Positions 60,806-64,000 of a stretch of DNA of 64,000 nt are shown here, in pieces (the stretch's first letter is position 1; each line of letters begins with the position of its first letter). The translations under genes were made by a program, and so were the position numbers. This DNA comes from a virus: positions 14,963 to 78,962 of the IMG/VR virus record IMGVR_UViG_3300042878_001341; one strand, written 5' to 3'. The notes under the pieces are model-generated. The model saw nothing but the letters and a program-made list of their open reading frames with translations, was not told the origin of the DNA and did no database searches.

Positions 60806-61394
60806 ACACGATGAAATAAAAAATTTAATAGAGGCATCTAAAAAGTTATTAAATAAAAATTTGATAACTGAAGATATTAACCATATCCGAAAAAATCACG
60901 GATTAATATTGGAACAGGGTGAGGATGGACCAACTGAGGATCAACCTAAAGACTATGAAACTGCGGAAGATGGAATGGGGGATAAAGAAGAACAGGATGT
61001 TGTAAAAACCGACAAGTCAAAGGGTTATAGAATATCAGGTGGTATTATCGTTATTCACGGTAAAGATAAATCTGATTTACAATTAACATCAGACGATAAA
61101 AAGGCGTTCCAAGATACTATGGACGAGTTTGTTACTGAGGTTTCTGAGATTGTAGATTTCAATAAATTAAATTTATATCCCAACAATGTTGAGTGGTCAG
61201 GTAAAGTGACTGAATTAGACGTTGAGTTTTTCTATTCAATTGGTGAAACTAACGGTATATATATTAACGGTACAATGACTAAGATTGATGACGATTATTT
61301 GGAGTTTTTAAATAAGTTGAAACAATACTATGAAAAATTCAAATCTAAATGGTCTAAAGTAATTGCTGCAAGAAAGAAAACCCCGGAATCATGA
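60798..61394 (+). CDS. Putative head-associated protein
   Basis: LIE/ITE/ILEQ leader followed by acidic linker and globular domain. Confidence 0.55.
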   Translation: MNRHDEIKNLIEASKKLLNKNLITEDINHIRKNHGLILEQGEDGPTEDQPKDYETAEDGMGDKEEQDVVKTDKSKGYRISGGIIVIHGKDKSDLQLTSDDKKAFQDTMDEFVTEVSEIVDFNKLNLYPNNVEWSGKVTELDVEFFYSIGETNGIYINGTMTKIDDDYLEFLNKLKQYYEKFKSKWSKVIAARKKTPES

Positions 61395-61744
61395 GAAAGT
61401 TTATAAATGATAATTTTAAATATGTTTTAGTTGTTGTAGCAGCTATAGTAATATATTTTTTAATACTGAATCTAACAAAACCATCAAATGGAATGACAGA
61501 AGAAGATCTAAAAAAAATAGAACAAATAGATAAAGACATTAACTTGTTAATTGAAAATCAAAAGAAATTAGATGAATCAATTAACGAATATAAAAATGAA
61601 ATTAAAAAAATTGATTCAACAATATCTAACATTAGGATAAAAAAGGAAGTTGTTAATAACTACTATGAACAAAAAGGGAAAGAGATTAAAGACGCTAATG
61701 TAAAACAAGTTGATAGTTTATTAAGATCAAGATACAATTTTTAA
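61391..61744 (+). CDS. N-terminal TM plus coiled coil (i-spanin-like topology)
   Basis: YVLVVVAAIVIYFLIL then heptad repeats; near the amidase-like gene. Confidence 0.55.
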   Translation: MRKFINDNFKYVLVVVAAIVIYFLILNLTKPSNGMTEEDLKKIEQIDKDINLLIENQKKLDESINEYKNEIKKIDSTISNIRIKKEVVNNYYEQKGKEIKDANVKQVDSLLRSRYNF

Positions 61745-61746
61745 TT

Positions 61747-62157
61747 ATGAAAAATATAATAACAATATTATTTCTTTTGGTGTCAATGACATCATTTGGT
61801 CAACTTACAAAAGTTGATACAACTGAAATATGTTTACCATATAGTGTTGGTAAACAAATCATGTTGGACCTTAATAGATTAGATTCAACAACTGCAATAC
61901 TTAAATTAACTGAAGTAGAAGTTATTGAATTAAATAAAAAAATAGGATTCCAACAAGGAATTATTGTCAACTTAGAAGATAAGGTTAAGATCGGAGATAC
62001 TATAGTTCAGAAAACAAATGAGAAATTTGATATTGTTGACAGAATAAATAAAGATTTAATTGTTGAGAATAAAAAATTAAAGAGAAAGAATGTAATTATA
62101 GAAATAGTCTCAGGTTTTTTAATTGGGGCATTAACATATGAAGTAATCACACACTAA
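61747..62157 (+). CDS. Signal peptide, coiled coil and C-terminal TM protein (spanin-partner-like)
   Basis: MKNIITILFLLVSMTSFG|Q; C-terminal VIIEIVSGFLIGALTY. Confidence 0.55.
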   Translation: MKNIITILFLLVSMTSFGQLTKVDTTEICLPYSVGKQIMLDLNRLDSTTAILKLTEVEVIELNKKIGFQQGIIVNLEDKVKIGDTIVQKTNEKFDIVDRINKDLIVENKKLKRKNVIIEIVSGFLIGALTYEVITH

Positions 62158-62402
62158 TGGCATTAACACAGACAGAAAAAAAAGAGATTGAAGTTTTAAT
62201 TAGAAAAGAGATAAAAGATTTCTTAGGGTCTACCACTGCCAAACAATTTGAGGATAAACTTATTCAACAGGTCTCTAAAGACATAAAAAGAGGTAAACTA
62301 GAAGGTGATATCAAAGATATTGTTGTAAAATCATTCAGAGAATTTTTTACAATGATGTTCCATCAAAGAAGTTTCTGGGAGTCAAAATTTAGGAGTTCAT
62401 AA
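62157..62402 (+). CDS. Hypothetical helical protein
   Basis: 81-aa ORF with TAATG overlaps at both ends. Confidence 0.7.
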   Translation: MALTQTEKKEIEVLIRKEIKDFLGSTTAKQFEDKLIQQVSKDIKRGKLEGDIKDIVVKSFREFFTMMFHQRSFWESKFRSS

Positions 62403-63181
62403 TGGAAGATATAACCGCAAAAATTAGAGACATAGTATCATCTCAAATGTCAGGTAATCCTGATGCGAGAAACGAGACACTAAAAGGGCTTAAAGATGTT
62501 AAAGAAAGTGATGATAGTGAAAAACGATCAGTCCCCCAAGATTACTTAAAGGATCCAAATGGGTTAAAGTTAGTTTTTGAATTGGCAAAACAAAAAAAAA
62601 CTAATAAGTTAACAATAAGAAAGGAAATTAAAAAACTATTAAAAAACCCTGAAGAAATTAACGACTTCTTAAATTCAATACTTTCATTTGTTAAATCAAA
62701 AAAAGGTAACGATAAGGAAGAAACAAAAGAGATGACAGGATCAGGTAGTGCCGGTGGTTATTCCGCTCCATTATTTGGTAATGAAATGAAAGAAAGCGTC
62801 TGTAAGATTTGTGGTATGAAAAACTGTAAATGTAAAGACAAAAAACATGGTAATGTACCAAGAAGAACGGAAACAAAAGAAGCCACAGGATCGGCATCAT
62901 CAGGTCAATATTCGGGTCCCTCGATATGGGCAAAGTCAACTAAGAAAAAAGATTGGGGACCAAGTCGTAAAACACAATTACCTGGAGGTAAATTCGTCCA
63001 AGTTAAGAAAAAATGTAAAAAGTTTCCTTACTGCAATCAGGGGGATATTAACGCACTTAGAATCTTTGAAAACGAGACTCTTTCAAAAGTAATAAACGAT
63101 TTATCAGATAGATACCAAATTCACGAAGATTTCATAAAAGAAATAATCTTCAATGAAATGTCAAAAAGGAATTTAATGTGA
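62402..63181 (+). CDS. Putative head internal protein with duplicated ETKExTGSxSxGxYSxP motif
   Basis: Two copies of the motif flank CKICGMKNCKC; C-terminal CKKFPYCNQG. Confidence 0.6.
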   Translation: MEDITAKIRDIVSSQMSGNPDARNETLKGLKDVKESDDSEKRSVPQDYLKDPNGLKLVFELAKQKKTNKLTIRKEIKKLLKNPEEINDFLNSILSFVKSKKGNDKEETKEMTGSGSAGGYSAPLFGNEMKESVCKICGMKNCKCKDKKHGNVPRRTETKEATGSASSGQYSGPSIWAKSTKKKDWGPSRKTQLPGGKFVQVKKKCKKFPYCNQGDINALRIFENETLSKVINDLSDRYQIHEDFIKEIIFNEMSKRNLM

Positions 63182-63203
63182 TATTTATTAAATAAAAATA
63201 ACT

Positions 63204-64000
63204 ATGAACAATTATTTAAAATACAAAGCCAAAAAACTTATTAACGAAACTTTAGAAAAAAAGGCTAATGAAGTTATGGAGAAACTAAAATTTAACAAAC
63301 CTGGTAGTTCTTTTGATTACGTTGAAGAAGAAGAAATGTGCGAATCATGTGGTGGAGAAATGAGAGAAGGTGAAATGTACGAAGGTGAAACTTGTGAATC
63401 ATGTGGTGGAGAAATGACAGAAGGTGAATGTATGGAATGTAGTAATATGTATGAAGGAGAAGTAATGGAAAAATTATACGGTAACCAAAAAAGAATTGAT
63501 AAGAACCACAATAATAAGATTGATAGAGAAGACTTCAAAATGTTAAGAGGTAAAAAAGAAGACGTTAATGAAAATGTATTCTATGAGTTAACAACTGATG
63601 TAAATGGTAAGAGAGAAAAACTTTTATTTACTGAAGGTCAATTTGAAGAAATTATTGAAAACATTGTTTTAAAAGAAGAAGGTAAATTTAATAAAGGTAA
63701 AACACCAGCAGGATATGCTGAATATGAGAGATCTGTTAAAAAATCAAAAAAAGAAGGTGATGACTATATGAAAGATCTATCTGAAAAAATGAAAGATTAT
63801 TTAAAAGACGGATCTAAAGGTAAATATGAAATGTCACCTAAACATTTCCCAAAAGGAAATGGTGAATTGGAAAAGATGGATAAAAAGGCTTATGTTGCTT
63901 CAGGAGCAATTGAAGATTATATTGATAACTTCACTGCGGCTGGTTTAGAGAACTTAGATTACGATGAAATCCATCCTGATGAAGATTGGGTGACTGATAA
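63204..64000 (+). CDS. Acidic putative head protein with CxxC repeats and EF-hand-like loop; 3'-truncated
   Basis: Manually translated open frame to window end (absent from track): CESCGGEM x2, CMEC, DKNHNNKIDREDF; TATTTAT at 63182. Confidence 0.75.
   Translation, partial: MNNYLKYKAKKLINETLEKKANEVMEKLKFNKPGSSFDYVEEEEMCESCGGEMREGEMYEGETCESCGGEMTEGECMECSNMYEGEVMEKLYGNQKRIDKNHNNKIDREDFKMLRGKKEDVNENVFYELTTDVNGKREKLLFTEGQFEEIIENIVLKEEGKFNKGKTPAGYAEYERSVKKSKKEGDDYMKDLSEKMKDYLKDGSKGKYEMSPKHFPKGNGELEKMDKKAYVASGAIEDYIDNFTAAGLENLDYDEIHPDEDWVTD

Noticed and set aside
1-64000. Stop-codon reassignment as in some huge or Bacteroidota phages
   Set aside because: Code 11 gives full-length genes at high density; nrdA ends naturally at TAG after CFGCSS, and TGA stops are also used.

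Overview
AT-rich, gene-dense, almost entirely + strand segment of a large (jumbo/huge) myovirus-type phage genome in standard genetic code; no tRNA, CRISPR array, intron or intein was seen. The host is most likely Bacteroidota. Evidence: a Bacteroidota-type primary sigma factor homologue, TTTG-N19/20-TAnnTTTG promoters, SprB adhesin repeats, A-rich leaders without Shine-Dalgarno, and a Q-rule-type signal peptide. Contents in order: (1) baseplate module (tube-initiator-like protein with an inserted OmpA-like domain, LysM-like protein, 2302-aa hub); (2) replication/recombination block (SSB, RecA/UvsX, 5'-3' exonuclease, DnaB, NrdB, NrdA); (3) second baseplate/fibre block (gp25, gp6/J, large Cys-rich proteins, SprB/PT-repeat/LRR fibre); (4) RuvC-like resolvase, primase, PD-(D/E)xK nuclease, oddly partitioned SbcD/SbcC, sigma factor; (5) membrane, lysis-like and putative head-internal proteins. 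Top leads: (a) a GT95/GT96 (HPAT/SERGT-like) protein O-glycosyltransferase among mucin/extensin-like Thr-Pro-rich virion proteins, suggesting phage-encoded virion O-glycosylation; (b) a GC-rich ~140-nt pseudoknotted ncRNA with its own promoter element and terminator, convergent on a putative RNase-fold head protein; (c) a three-tier promoter system including a TATTTAT motif. All family assignments come from motif recognition by eye; no database search was run.
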